A stretch of 64,000 nt of DNA from Mobula birostris (taxonomy: Eukaryota): the NCBI RefSeq assembly GCF_030028105.1, contig NC_092382.1, positions 85,274,198 to 85,338,197 of the forward strand, read 5' to 3'. The position numbers and the translations under genes are program-made. This document shows positions 50,373 through 63,670 of this stretch, piece by piece. Below the pieces are notes generated by a model. That model did no database searches, was not told where the DNA came from, and saw nothing but the letters and a program-made list of their open reading frames with translations. Position 1 is the first letter of the stretch. Each line of letters starts with the position of its first letter.

Positions 50373-50379
50373 ATGTTTC

Positions 50380-50760
50380 TTTCTCCTATTAATGTCCTAT
50401 TAATGTGCTCACAACCAGGTTTCCTGAGTACATGTAACATCGGGAGGATCTTACAAATCATATATAACATTTTATAGGCATGTACATGAGGAATCAGGCT
50501 TTTCGCATTCTACTTAAATACTTTTTAATCCCAAGTAGACTGTGATACAGAGAACTCATCCCATAGAGCTTCTTTTGTAGCTTCCCACGTAACACCAGTT
50601 AGATGAAAACACTTCTCTGCAATTTTCACAATAATTTTAATTTCCAAGTACGAGAAGATCTCTGAGCAGTACTATTCAGCAGATACGTTATGAACATCAC
50701 ATAACTTCATTTTATCCACCATTACGTTATCTTCTGTAAATGAACTGTGATGCCGACATA
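50380..50760 (-). mobile_element. I/Nimb-like LINE: ORF1 end and AP-endonuclease start
   Basis: Minus strand IIVKIAEK ... NAKSLI ... PPDVTCTQETWL. Confidence 0.5.
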
Positions 50761-52544
50761 TATTAGCTGAGTTCTATGACGGGGTGCACTTTGTCAACAT
50801 TCGCGTAACTTTTTACAAGGCTGACTGACAGTCCTATTAACTAATCGTCGCATAAATTCTCCTTTGAGCAGCCAGTGACAGAGGTGTCTCTGAGCTACGG
50901 CAGGCCGGATGGAACTACGTCACATGCTCAGCTCCACCGCTTCTGCACCATCGCCATGGCGGAGCTTAGCCAGTTACCGCTAGCCGACCTCGACCGGCAC
51001 AATGTTTTTCTTCCAGGTCTCGGTGATTCCATTCCGGTGATGCTTGTGGTGCCTGAGGAAGCGTTGAAGCACAGGTCGAGCAAAGAGGCGAGCATTTTGA
51101 ACGTCCCCGCATCCCCGAATGTTTGCTAGCTGCCGCTGACTGAGCGTGGTTCTGATGGGAGTTGTTGTTCCTATGCAAAGCGGGAGCTTATGAATTATGC
51201 CCAACAGTTTATGAACAATTTGTGTCATTTGTCATCCTTTATATTATTCTACAATTGCATCGTGGCTGTGAGGGCCCACCGTGGCGGAGGTGAGAATCAG
51301 AGTTGCATCTCCCTCAGTTTTGGGATCAGTGCACAGGCACTATCCATTCTCTTTCTGACTCGGGTCTTCCAGTTCCGTCAAGGAAAACCATGAATCCTTA
51401 CTGCGCCGTTATAGCTTAACCAAGAGCTTCTTCAAACGGCCGATGAGAGATGTACACTGTAATTCAGTTGTCCCAGGATCATAGAACATTAAATAAGGAA
51501 AACAGCCCTTATGCTCAGTGTGTTGTTCTGAACCAATTGAACAGGTCGTTACTTACCAAACTAAACCGCAACCTTCTGCCTGCAGAAGCTCCAGGTTAAT
51601 GTGGTGTCTGATAGTCTCTATCGCATCAGCCTCCACCACTTCCGGAGACAATCATGCCGGACACCCACAACTAATAGAATGAGAAAAAAAAACAAAGAGC
51701 GCACATGTCTGTTAAACCCTCTGAGTCAGGTTTAACACCATATTCTTCTATAAGTTGTTTTTTTTTTAAAAAACAGCTGGCGTGTAGGGCAATGATACAA
51801 AATTATACTAAATTACAAAGTGCATATATTATGAGGGGAAAAAAAAACAATGAGGCAAAGTTCCCCCTTTTCACCTTAAATGGATACTCTGTGGTGTTAG
51901 CCATTTCTTTCTTTGAGCAAAAACTACCGGTTGTCCACTGTGAGCCTCTTATATTCTGATAAACACCTGTCAGCCTTCCTTCGGCAGCTGCCATTCCGGA
52001 AAAAAATAATATCCGCAGTTTACCCAACTTCTACTTGTCCAGGCAACATCATAGTAAATCTTTGCTACCCACAGACCAAAATTCTACATTTTCACTTAAT
52101 AGAATTTTAACTTCAGATGAGATTACACTAATATTATAAAATTATAAAATGCAGCATAACTACCAGAGACTGCAACTCAGTGCCTAGACTACTAACGAAA
52201 AGGTGGACCTCCGCCATAGATACTAATGGATCCCCCTGTGCAAACACATTCGGAGTGTTTGAAACATTACAGGGAAAATGTTGCTTGATGCTTCCAGGAC
52301 TTCGTTAAAGGGAAAGATTCATCTCAGCCCAACTGAGGCTTTCATCCCTCAGGATGGATAAGAATTGAGCAGAGTACTATTTAAAGGTAAAATTTGGAAT
52401 ATTTAAGGGTGCATCGGAGGGAACTTCTTCTCTCAGGGGGCAGTAAGAGTGTGGAAAGAGTTTCCAGAGCAAGTGGTGGATGCAGATTTAATTGCAATAT
52501 TTAGGAGACACGGATAGATGAATGGATTTGAGGACTATAAACCG

Positions 52545-55128
52545 ATATTAGTGGGGTTGTATTATAGACCACCCAATAATCAGCGAGAATTGGAGGAGTA
52601 AATCTGCAGAGAGATAGCAGGCAACTGCAGGAAACATAAAGTTGTGGTGTTAGGGGATTTTAATTTTCCACATATTGATTGGGACTCCCATGCTGTTAGG
52701 GGTCTAGATGGTTTAGAGTTTGTAAAATGTGTTCAGGAAAGTTTCCTAAATCAATATATACAGGGACCAACTAGAGGGGATGCAATATTGGATCTCCTAT
52801 TAGGAAACGAGTTAGGACAAGTGACGGAAGTGTGTGTAGGGAAGTACTTTGGTTCCAGTGATCATAACTCCATTAGTTTCAACTTGATCGTGGACAAGGA
52901 TAGATCTGGTCCTAGGGTTGAGGTTCTAAACTGGAAGAAGGCCAAATTTGAAGAAATGAGAAAGGATCTAAAAAGCGTGGATTGGGACAGGTTGTTCTCT
53001 GGCAAAGATATGATTGGTAGGTGGGAAACCTTCAAAGGAGAATTTTTGAGAGTGCAGAGTTTGTATGTTCCTGTCAGGATTAAAGGCAAAGTGAATAGCG
53101 ATAAGGAACCTTGGTTCTCAAGGGATATTGCAACTCTGATAAAGAAGAAGAGGGAGTTGTCTGACATGTATAGGAAACAGGGAGTAAATAAGGTGCTTGA
53201 GGATTATAAAAAGTGCAAGAACATACTTAAGAAGGAAATCAGGAGGGCTAAAAGAAGACATGAGGTTGCCTTAGCAGTCAAAGTGAAGGGTAATCCAAAG
53301 AGATTTTACAGGTATATTAAGAGTAAAAGGATTGTAAGAGATAAAATTGGTCCTCTTGAAGATCAGGGTGGTCGGCTATGTGCGGAACCAAAAGAAATGG
53401 GGGAGATCTTAAATGTTTTATTTTTTGCGTCTGTATTTACTAAGGAAACTGGCATGAAATCTATGGAATTAAGGGAAACAAGTAGTGAGATCTGGAAACT
53501 GTACAAATTGAAAAGGAGGAGTTGCTTGCTGACTTGAGGAAAATTAAAGTGGATAAATCCCCGGGACCTGACAGGGTGTTCCCTCGGACCTTGAAGGAGA
53601 CTACTGTTGAAATTGCAGGGGCCCTGGCAGAAATATTTAAAATGTCGCTGTCTACAGGTGAGGTGCCGGAGAATTGGAGAGTGGCTCATGTTGTTCTGTT
53701 GTTTAAAAAAGGATCGAAAAGTAATCCGGGAAATTATAGGCCGGTGAGTGTAACGTCGGTAGTAGGTAAGTTATTGGAGGGAGTACTAAGAGACAGAATC
53801 CACAAGCCTTTGAATAGACAGGGACTTATTAGGGAGAGTCAACATGACTTTGTGCGTGGTAGGTCATGTTTGACAAATCTATTGGAGTTTTTCGAGGTGG
53901 TTACCAGGAAAATGGATGAAGGAAAGGCATTGGATGTTGTCTACGTGGACTTCAGTAAGGCCTTTGACAAGGTCCCGCATGGGAGGTTAGTTAGGAAAAT
54001 TCAGTCGCTAGGTATATATGGAGAGGTGGTAAATTGGATTAGACATTGGCTCAAGGGAAGAAACCAAAGAGTGGTAGTAGAGAATTGCTTCTCCGAATGA
54101 AGGCCTGTGACTAGTGGTGTGCCACAGGGATCAGTGCTGGGTCCATTGTTGTTTGTCATCTATATCAATGATCTGGATGATAATGTGGTAAATTGGATCA
54201 GCAAATTTGCTGATGATACAAAGATTGGAGGTGTAGTAGACAGTGAGGAAGGTTTTCAGAGCCTGCAGAGGGATTTGGACCAGCTGGAAATAATGGGCTG
54301 AAAATTGGCAGATGGAGTTTAATTCAGACAAGTGTGAGGTATTGCATGTTGGCAGGACAAACCAAGTTAGAAAATACAGGGTTAATGGTAAGGCACTGAG
54401 GAGTGCAGTGGAACAGAGGGATCAGGGAATACAGATACAAAATTCCCTAAAAGTGGCGTCACAGGTAGATAGGGTCGTAAAGACAGCTTTTAGTACATTG
54501 ACCTTTATTAGTCAAAGTGTTGAGTATAAGAGCTGGAATGTTATGATGAGATTGTATAAGGCATTGGTGAGGTCGAATTTTGAGTATTGTGTTCAGTTTT
54601 GGTCACCAAATTACAGGAAGGATATAAATAAGGTTGAAAGAGTGCAGAGAAGGTTTACAGGGATGTTGCCAGGACTTGAGAAACTCAGTTACAGAGAGAG
54701 GTTGAATAGGGTTAGGACTTTATTCCCTGGAGCGTAGAAGAATGAGGGGAGATTTGATAGTGGTATATAAAATTATGATGGGTATAGATAGAGTGAATGC
54801 AAGCAGGCTTTTTCCACTGAGGCAAGGGGAGAAAAATACCAGAGGACATGGGTTAAGGGTGAGGGGGTAAAAGTTTGAAGGGAACATTGGGGGGGGGGCT
54901 TCTTTACACAGAGAGTGGTGGGAGTATGGAATGAGCTGCTAGATGAGGTGGTAAATGCGGGTTCTTTTTTTTAACATTTAAGAATAAATTGGACAGATGC
55001 ATGGATGGGAGGTGTATGGAGGGATATGGTCCGTCTGCAGGTCAGTGGGATTAGGCAGAAAATGGTTCGGCACAGCCAAGAAGGGCCAACAGGCCTGTTT
55101 CTGTGCTGTCGTTTCTATGGTTTCTATG
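52545..55128 (+). mobile_element. CR1 LINE, most of ORF2, relatively well preserved
   Basis: YYRPPN; ORFs 52644-53537 (GDFNFP, SSDHN), 53522-54100, 54107-54301 (FADDTK) and 54312-54737; few disruptions; tail tttctatggtttctatg. Confidence 0.95.
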
Positions 55129-55129
55129 A

Positions 55130-56100
55130 CATTTGTAGACATCAAGGATCAGATAGAACAATGGAAAAGTTGAAGAATCTGTGTTGGTGGCCGAAATTGC
55201 GAGGAGATGTATCACATTATGGTCATAATTACTTGATTTGTGCCCAGTAATAACCCAGATAAATCGGCTAGAGAATCAGTTTTAAGATCCGCCCAGTAGA
55301 AGGGCCATGTGTTAACTTGCAGGTTTATTTTGTTGGATCTTCACCTGTATCCCCTGGAGGACTGAAATAAATCCTCCAGATAGTGAATGTGTTCACCAAG
55401 TGGATAGATAATGGAAACCGCTGACGTTACAGCCAGGGTTTTGTCCGAGAGAGTCTTTACCCTTTAAGGATTGCCAAGGAATCTAGAATCAGATCATGGT
55501 TCCCGCTACACCGCACAGGTGACACAAAATCCAATGAAACTGTTTGGGGTGAAACAAAGGTTCTACATCCCTTACCTACCACGATAGTGCGATTTTTGAA
55601 CTGATGAACTGGACGTTAAAGACAATGTTGGCTAAAATGACTAATGGCTCATGGGTCACTGTCTTACCCAATGTTCTTATGATGGTCCTCACCACAGAAG
55701 CATCCTCTCCTGCATTTACACGTTTTAAGTTGACGATCGGGAGGAAAATGAAAGGGTTAGCATTCCTGCTTGGCTAGATTTATGATAGACCGAGTATGAT
55801 ATCATTGGAAAGGGCAATGGCAAGCAGCAATTAATTGACTCTATTAAGGAGTCCCATTACGATGCCGTCCATAATACGTGACGGAAGAAACGGCAGAGCG
55901 AAGCTTGTTTCGAGGTGCGAGCAAAACCGCGGGCGTTTGAAATAGGACAGATGGTTATGATGTTACTACATCAGCCGAGACCCTTTACACCTTCGCGATT
56001 TGTCGAGACCGAGCCAGTCCATCAGTATATCAAATCCAGACTACTCCATATAAGTTGGGTTGATATCATATTAACCAACTCATACCCCTTGGAGATAGTG
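55130..56100 (+). mobile_element. Retrovirus-like/LTR-element integrase relic
   Basis: HQGSDRT...WWPKLRGDV...LICAQ; PVEGPxVNLQ; IVNVFTKW; GLPRNLESDHGS; FYIPY; MNWTLK. Multiple stops. Confidence 0.75.
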
Positions 56101-56479
56101 AATATCCTCTAGTAGCTGAGTTCCAGAAAACATATTGTCAATGGGATGCTGTGGACCGAAATGAGATGATCCTCTTAGGTTTATGTTTCAGGCAATCGAC
56201 GGTGATGAGGATGAAGGAGCAGTTGGTCCCTCAGTGAGTTGGGCAAACACATCCCGTTTGTTCCCGGAGGATAAGGATAGTTCATATCTTTGCACTCGCC
56301 CGAGCCAATGCGGAGACAATGGAAGAGAGAAACAGATGAGAGAACGTGTTTATTATGTGGTCCTCTGGAAATAAAGTGGCGGATAATTGATCTGATACAA
56401 ATGGATTTTTATCAGGCCTTATTGTTATCCATGGTAGGACCATTCATAACGTCAGAAAGCTTGGTACTCAGGGAAAGTT

Positions 56480-56830
56480 GGCTGCTGGATTCAGAACTGA
56501 CGTTCACAGAAGGCAGAGGATAGTTGTGGATGAAGTGTTTTCTCCCTGGATGTCGGTGAACAGTGGAGTCCTGCAGAGATCTGTTCTGAGACCCCCGGCT
56601 TTTTGTGTTTTTGTGAATGATTTGGATAAGGAGGTGGAAGGGTGGTTTATTGTATTTGCAATGATGTGGAGGTTGGTGAAATTATGGATAGTGTAGAAGG
56701 TTGTCACAGATTACAACAGGACGGTGACAGGACGCAGAGCAGCGCTGAGAAGTTACAGATGGAGTTCAACCCGGAACGTTACGGAGTGATTCGCTTTGGA
56801 AGGGTGAACTTGAAGGCAGAGGTGATACTT
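56480..56830 (+). mobile_element. CR1 RT fragment
   Basis: SGVLQRSVL.P...FVNDLD...LQQD...QMEFNPE. Confidence 0.8.
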
Positions 56831-57972
56831 TCTCGAGTCAACCGAGGGCCGCACAATAGTACGAGTTTCGCAATGGAAACAGAGTGATGAGACTCTCTCC
56901 AATAAAGCAAGGGCCGCTCATCCCTACGATAATCACAATAGGCACGGAAGCGGTGGACTGCAGGAGCAGGAAGAAGTGTGATTGACCGGTGAGATTGAAC
57001 CCATTCGCTGTTCTGCACATACTTATAGTGACGCTCGAAAGGTAAAATACCTGAAAGTAAATCAGGAGAGAAAAAAAAAACTTAATAGCAAATAAGAGAA
57101 CAGCCTGGAATAGTTCACAGATTTCGCTTCCTACTTTTGTTCAAACAGAGAATGGATGGAGAAATAGCGGTAGAATTGTGGCAATTTTGAGAATAACTTT
57201 AAAGTTAAATGGACTGCATCGCACGTCACTGGAATGGGGTGGTCATGTCATTGACCGGTAGAGGTCAGGTTCCTGCCAAACGGCCCATGTGTGCTGGAAA
57301 ACATTGTTCTTCAAACTGTCCACAGCCCTTGCTAATCTCCCGAAGACATGTTCCTTTTATGGCCACAGGTTTCTGGAATATCGCTGTGGATCTTTAAAAC
57401 TGTTTGGAGGAACTTCAGTGCACTGTATTTTATTGTAGCACGTGTCAGCTGTCACTGTCAATTCCATAACTCAAACCGCAGAAATTACTGCAACGAATGA
57501 AAGAAAAGAATGAGTGAATGTTCCCCTTTAATAAAGAAGTGTTCTCCATTTCACTTGCCAGAACAAACTCCATCCCTCAATTTTAGAAGCAAATATGCTC
57601 GGTCAAATATTACAAAATTAACCGACTTCAAGATGAATGCCTGTTTGAGAGCAACACAGATATAAAAACATTCTATGTAAATAGCTGAAACCAGGTAGAG
57701 TATCATGGAAAATAACGTTGAAAAAAGCACATCATATTTTGTTTTAAAGTAATAGACTCCCATGAGGAGTCAAATTCATGACACGGGGACAGAGTGAGAA
57801 AACATAGTTTAACGTAGGTGTATGTGTAGTTGGTCGTCACTAATGTCCCTGACGTGATAGCCACGCTAATTGCCTCAGTAGAATTGCTCTCTCCTCAATC
57901 TGCTAAACCGATCACCAGTCCATCTGAGCAGCTGAAACGTTCCGTACAACTGAACTCTGCTTCTGACGGAAT

Positions 57973-58041
57973 ATGGGCTATCCGGTGACTTATTACATGG
58001 CAGCCATTTTCTATCCCCACTTTTAGCGGTTGGTGTCCCCG
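57973..58041 (+). CDS. GPR139/142-like GPCR exon 1 (frameshifted as assembled)
   Basis: MGYPVTYYMAAIFYP.../LAVGVP + G|GTAAGA. It is 69 nt instead of 3n+1, so the ATG frame meets TAG at 58024-58026. Confidence 0.7.
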
Positions 58042-58776
58042 GTAAGAACTGGAGCTGGTTACTTTATTTACCGTGCCGTCGTCTTGCTGTTACTTTGCTG
58101 CGGTATCCGCACTGTTACTGAGCACAGATGCTACCGTCGGCTGAAACGTGTTTCCGGAATGGAGGATACAGGCATCTAACGGTTTTAGTTCCATTTCCCA
58201 CACTTCTATCGCAATGTTTTCTTCTCTTGTCAATTAAGTTGGTGCCGATATTGTCGTTGTTTCGTAATTTCACCTCGCTCGGCTTTCTGAAGTGATGCCT
58301 GTCTCTACTTTTCTAGGTTCCAGTTTCTATCAGTGCAGACAGTTCGACCTGATAACAACGTGGCAGCTTATTTAAATGATTGCCCAGTCTATTTTCCACA
58401 CACAGGTCTGTTCTTCTGTATGTTAGTGAATCAGAACGTGTCCTTTATATCTCCTTGACTCCACTTTGTCACCGCAACAATCCCTTCAGCTATTTCACCT
58501 CTAATAATGGACATGGTGTTTTTTTACAGGAGTGAGCGACTGCTCGCCGGTACGTGAGTCGTGGAACTCGGATGCCGCGGTCTAAACTGTGGGAATGTCG
58601 CCAATCCACGGACACTCACATCCGTCATTGTCCTCCAGCCGGAGCGCAGCGACGGAGACCGCACACACTGGGTTTTCGCTTTCCACTTCCAAACAGACCA
58701 TATCCTCCATAGCATCGGTAGAATCGGGGCATTCAGGCAGCTGACCATATTTCGATTTTGTTTCCAAATTTTGTAG

Positions 58777-59675
58777 TTAACTTAACGGCGATTGTGATCC
58801 TTTCTCGGGGAAAATGCGGACTCTCCAAATGCATCACCCGTTACCTGGTTGGAATGGCAACAGCGGATCTGATGGTGGTTATCGTTGTTGCTTTAGTGGA
58901 ACAGACCAACAATGTCTACATTTATTCCAGATCCCTGCTCATCACTCCTGTATGCGCTCTGACACTTGTATTTCGGACTGTAACGACGGACTGTTCTGTT
59001 TGGTTTACAGTCAGTTTTACTTTCGATCGCTTCATCGCAATATGTTGTCGAAAGCTGCGGGAGCGATACTGCACTGAGAGAACAGCAACGGTGGTTATCG
59101 TGACCGTGGTTATAGTGAGCTGCGGGAGATGTGCCCCGTTTTACTTCGTCATTGAACCTTACGTCATCATTGACAACACGCCGTGGCGGTGCACCGGCAG
59201 ATACGAATACGCTACTTCACCCGTGTGGAGAGGATACGAATTACTGAACAGTATTTTAAAACTATTGCTACCAATCGGCTTAATCCTGGTGTTTAACGGG
59301 TCAACCGTAAGAATTATCGTTGTGGCAAATAGAGTCCGCAGAAGGCTTCGGCACAGCAACGAAAATCAGAAAGATGCCGAGGAGGTAAACCGCAGAAAAT
59401 CGATGATTTTGCTGTTTTCTATTTCAGCTAATTTCATATTATTTTGGATGCCCTATGTAGCCCATTCCCTGAAATGGCAACTGCAAAACTACTTTTACCA
59501 GGACAGATATTTGAGTTCTCCGGTATACATCCTGCAGGAATTCGGGTTAATTTTGCAAGTACTCAGCATGTGCACCAATACTTGTATCTATACACTGACA
59601 CAGAGGAAATTCAGAGAAGAGCTGAGGAATGGAATGATGTATGTGTTTACATTAAATAGCCATGTGTGTAGGTAA
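58777..59675 (+). CDS. GPR139/GPR142-like class-A GPCR, exon 2 (open frame)
   Basis: Acceptor ttttgtAG (58775-58776); NLTAIVILSRGKCGLS, MATADL, DCSVWFTVSFTFDRF, FWMP, TNTCIY, KFREEL; no stops. Confidence 0.9.
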
Positions 59676-60349
59676 GGCCCGCATCCAATGGCAATTCAGC
59701 GAATTTTCAAATAAAGCCGTTTTACAATGAACAGGATTGGCAAATATGTCATAAACTCGAACAATCATATGCCTGGTCATACTGAAATTGTAGAATTGGC
59801 GGAAGATTGCTGACTTCATACAGTTCAGATAGGCAGCAATACAAACGCTCAATGCTGCTGGCGTGATTGTTACAATGGTTGAAGTATGTTCCAAATTATC
59901 ACAGACACTCAACTGTCACAATGGCAGGAATGGCTTCAGGACTTGCCGTGTTTTAGATGTTGAAAGATGGAGAGGGTCGGGTAACAGAGTGTCAGGCAAA
60001 CCAGCGATAGAATCGCAGATGCAGAAAGGGAGGACAACGTGGAGCGTTCGTTTGTTAAAAGATTGTGAGTCGAACACAGAAACATGAAACATGGATCTCC
60101 TCATTTGGAGTGTTGTATTCTCATTTGGAATACTGTATTCCATGCAGCCGCCCACCAGATTAACAAAAAAAAAAAAAACGCAACGGGAACATTGTGGAAC
60201 CAATTGCGAGCGGAACTTGGACATGTGTCATGTTATTGGCACGGGCAACTGAAACTTCCACAATATTCTTTGGCATCTCCCCAGGGTAAAAGATTTAGGA
60301 ATGGCATAATTTCTCAGTTGTGTCCAAGAAGTATTCATGTCACTATAAG

Positions 60350-61580
60350 AAGAAAGGCGGACTAGCGAACAGTCCACACCAGATCTAATATTAGAAAAGG
60401 AAAGAAGTCAGGTGACAGATCTCTCTGCGGGTCAGCATGTCAGAACGATAGGGCAGAACTCCCCGAAATTTACCTTGCACAGGGATAGGACCAGGGAGCA
60501 TGGAATGCCTTTAATTGGGTTTATGCGATGTATGGTGCTGCCTGGCAGGAGCTTGGGAACGTAAATAGGGAAATGATGTACTCAGGGAAATGCGCAACAG
60601 ATATGTGGAGATTGTTTAGGGAGCAGTGACATGGGGTTCAGTAAGGGCTTGTCTCATTGACACAGGACCAGAATGATAGCGTGACAAGAAAGTTGGAACA
60701 ACTCGTCAAGAGGAAGAAAGAAAGAAACTTAAGATTTAGGAAAAATCGATCAGATCGGGTTATGGCGAGTCACAATGCAGACAAGAAAGGATTTAGCAAT
60801 GGACTTAAACGAGTTAGAAGGGGGCTTGCGAAAGCCTTGGCGAGTTGCACTGTGAGGAACAGAGGGAGACTGGAGAAAGTGTGGGCAGATCAGAGGAAAA
60901 CTAGTGTCTGGAGTCCAAGGAGGCAGTGAAGCTCCTTACTGAATACATTGATGAAAGTGAAGACAGTGTAAAAAGGCAGATACGCCAGATCATGCCGAGG
61001 CTGAGAAAAAGGATGCGCTGGAAACTTGGAAAACATTATGATGGATGATTCGCCCATACCGGAAGGGACATAGTCCAGGTAATTTTGGAAAGCTAGCGAA
61101 GTTACTGCAGAGCTTTTGGACAGGATATTTGTGTCTTCTCTGGCCAGGGAAGTAGAACTAGATGACTGGAGGGTGGAAAATGTTATTCATTTGTTGACGA
61201 AAAATAATAGGGAGACTTATTGGAATTATAGACCAGGGAGTCTTACATCAGTAGTGGGTAAACTACTGGAGAGGATTATTGAAGAAAGAATTAATGAGTA
61301 TTTTCAGAAACGTAGTCTGGCTACGGAGAGACAACATGGCATGTTGTCCTTTCTGAGTCAGATTGAATTATTTGAAAAAGTGAAAATAAAACAAACAGAA
61401 GAATCAGAACAGTCGATGTGGGTGTGTTAATTCTGGTCAGGCGTTTGATCAGTTCCTCATAGTAGACTCATTCAGAAAGTCAGGAGGCATGGGATCTGGG
61501 GAATTCTGACTGCGTTGATTCAGAGTTGGCTTCCTTACAGAAGGCAGATGAGGTGGTGGATAGGGTGAATTCTGTCTGGA
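60350..61580 (+). mobile_element. Degraded CR1 ORF2
   Basis: ORF 61116-61430 (DDWRVENV, NYRPGSLTSVVGKLLERI, QHG). Confidence 0.75.
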
Positions 61581-62389
61581 AGACAGAGAGCTTCGGTACA
61601 GAAATTTCGGTACACTTTATAACTCTATTTCGAGTCTGCAGTTACGGTGCTCTGAGAAATAGGGCTGAGGAAATGACCGATTTAATCTGACCACACAACA
61701 GCACCCGGATGATTAATGGAATTAGGGCTGACGATGTAAGCAAATTGCTGAGCGATTTGCTGCACCAGCGCGTTTCATGAACCGGCCGGTCATTTACATA
61801 TTACAGGGCAGATGCTACAATGACTTCAAAGCATCTTTTCCGATAGAGCCCTACAACTCAAAACCAGCATTTCAAAGTGCTCGGCAGCAGCTTCTGGTGC
61901 TTATTAAAAGAACCAGCCTTCCAAAGTGCCAATTCCAAATTCCCAATTCAAGAACACACCAATTTATCCCAATGCCAATTTATCTCTGAATCGTGGTTTT
62001 ATCGTATTGGGTGTAGATACGCTCATATTTCGATTTATTTAACCCTGAATCCACATGGCCAGTGTTGAATCCGTGTCTCCCCCTGAAATCAATAATAAAT
62101 GAAACATACGAAACTACACAAACTAAAAACGCAGCAAAGGCAAAGAAAATTTCTGGGCTCACACTTGTCTTCCTTCAAAACCATCGCAGGCAAGTGGAGA
62201 ATGCAGAATAAACTATTTCCAAAGCTTCCATCTTCTCATGCTATAGCCACCCATTTCACTCAGTTTCCATGCTTCAGCGTGTGCAAGGACAGAGGGATAG
62301 AACAGTATCACCGACTTTCTAGATTGGTCGATGCTGTACGACACTGAAGTTCTAACCCAGAGATACAGTCAGACAGCTATAGGGAACCA

Positions 62390-63670
62390 CTGCACAGAAA
62401 CAGAGTCTTCAGCCCGTCAGGTCGGTGAAGAATTATTTAAGCTGCCTATTCCCATCGACTGCACCCGGAGCGTGGTCATCCATATCCCAGTATTTATCCA
62501 ATCATCTCTTAAACGTTGAAATCGGAATCTCAATTACCGGTTGCGTCGGCAGCACTGTCTACGCTCTGATGACCTTCTGGATGAAGAGGTTTCCCCGCAT
62601 GTTTCCCGTAAACATCTCACATTTCACTCTTCACCCATGACCTCTAGTTGTATTCTCGCCCGATATCAGTGGAGAAAGCCCGCTTGCATGTACATTCTCT
62701 ATAGGCCTCATAATGTTGTATACCTCAGTCAAATCTCCCCTCAGTCTTCTACCCGCTTGGGAATCAAGAGCTGACATGCGTAATCTTTCCTTTTAATTCA
62801 AAACATTCAGACCCGGCAATAGCCGTGTAATTTTTTTTTCTGAGTTCTTTCAAACTTTGTTACACCCGCCCTGCAGGTAGTTGAGCCAAATCGCAACAAA
62901 ATTTCAAATTAGGCTTCAACAAAGTCTTAAGCAACATCAAGATAACATCCTAACTCCTGTACTCAGTACTTTGGTCTATGAAGGCCATTGTGCAAAATGT
63001 TTTATTTTCCCGATCCTGTCTAACTCAGCTGCAACTTCCATTGAATTATGAATCTGCATTCCCAGATTCGTTTGCTCTATCGTACTCCTCAATGCCCTAT
63101 TTCCCATTGTGCCAGACCAACCCTGGCGGTCCTGCCAAAGTGCAACATCTAACACTTATCTGCGTTAATTCTGATCCGTTATCTTTCAGCCCATTTTGCT
63201 AGCTGGTCCAGATCCCGTTTCTGGTACCATACCTGGTATTTTTCCTTGCTGTTAACTACACTCGTAATGCTGTTGTTATCGGCAAATTTGCTGATCAAGT
63301 TAATGACATTACTACAGCATCCAGATCGTTGATATAGATGACAAATAACAACGGGCACAGCAACGATCCCTGCGGCACTCCACTCGTCACAGGTCCCGGT
63401 CAGAGAGACAACCATCCATTACCACACTCTAGCTTCCCCAACACAGCCCATCGCTAATCCAATTTACCACCTCATCGTGAAAGCCAAGTGAATGAACCTT
63501 CTCGTGCATCCTCCCATACGGAACCTTGCAAATTTCTTTCTGAAGTCCCTGGAGACGGCATCCACTGTCTTGCCTTCCACACCATTCCTGATAACTACTC
63601 GCAAAGCTCTGTAAGATTGGTTAGATATGATCTACTGCACACTGGTCCATACTGACTATCACTAATGTTC
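62390..63670 (-). mobile_element. Degraded CR1 RT to 3' end
   Basis: ISKFADN...RDLDQLAKWAE on the minus strand, with the CR1 3' region toward 62400. Confidence 0.75.

Noticed and set aside
50870-51450. Possible old RTE-like LINE end on the minus strand
   Set aside because: Similarity too faint to support by eye.
58758-58776. MFPNFV start of the 305-aa GPCR ORF (likewise the GTG start at 39152)
   Set aside because: Intronic polypyrimidine tract or acceptor read in frame; the true N-termini come from the short upstream exons.
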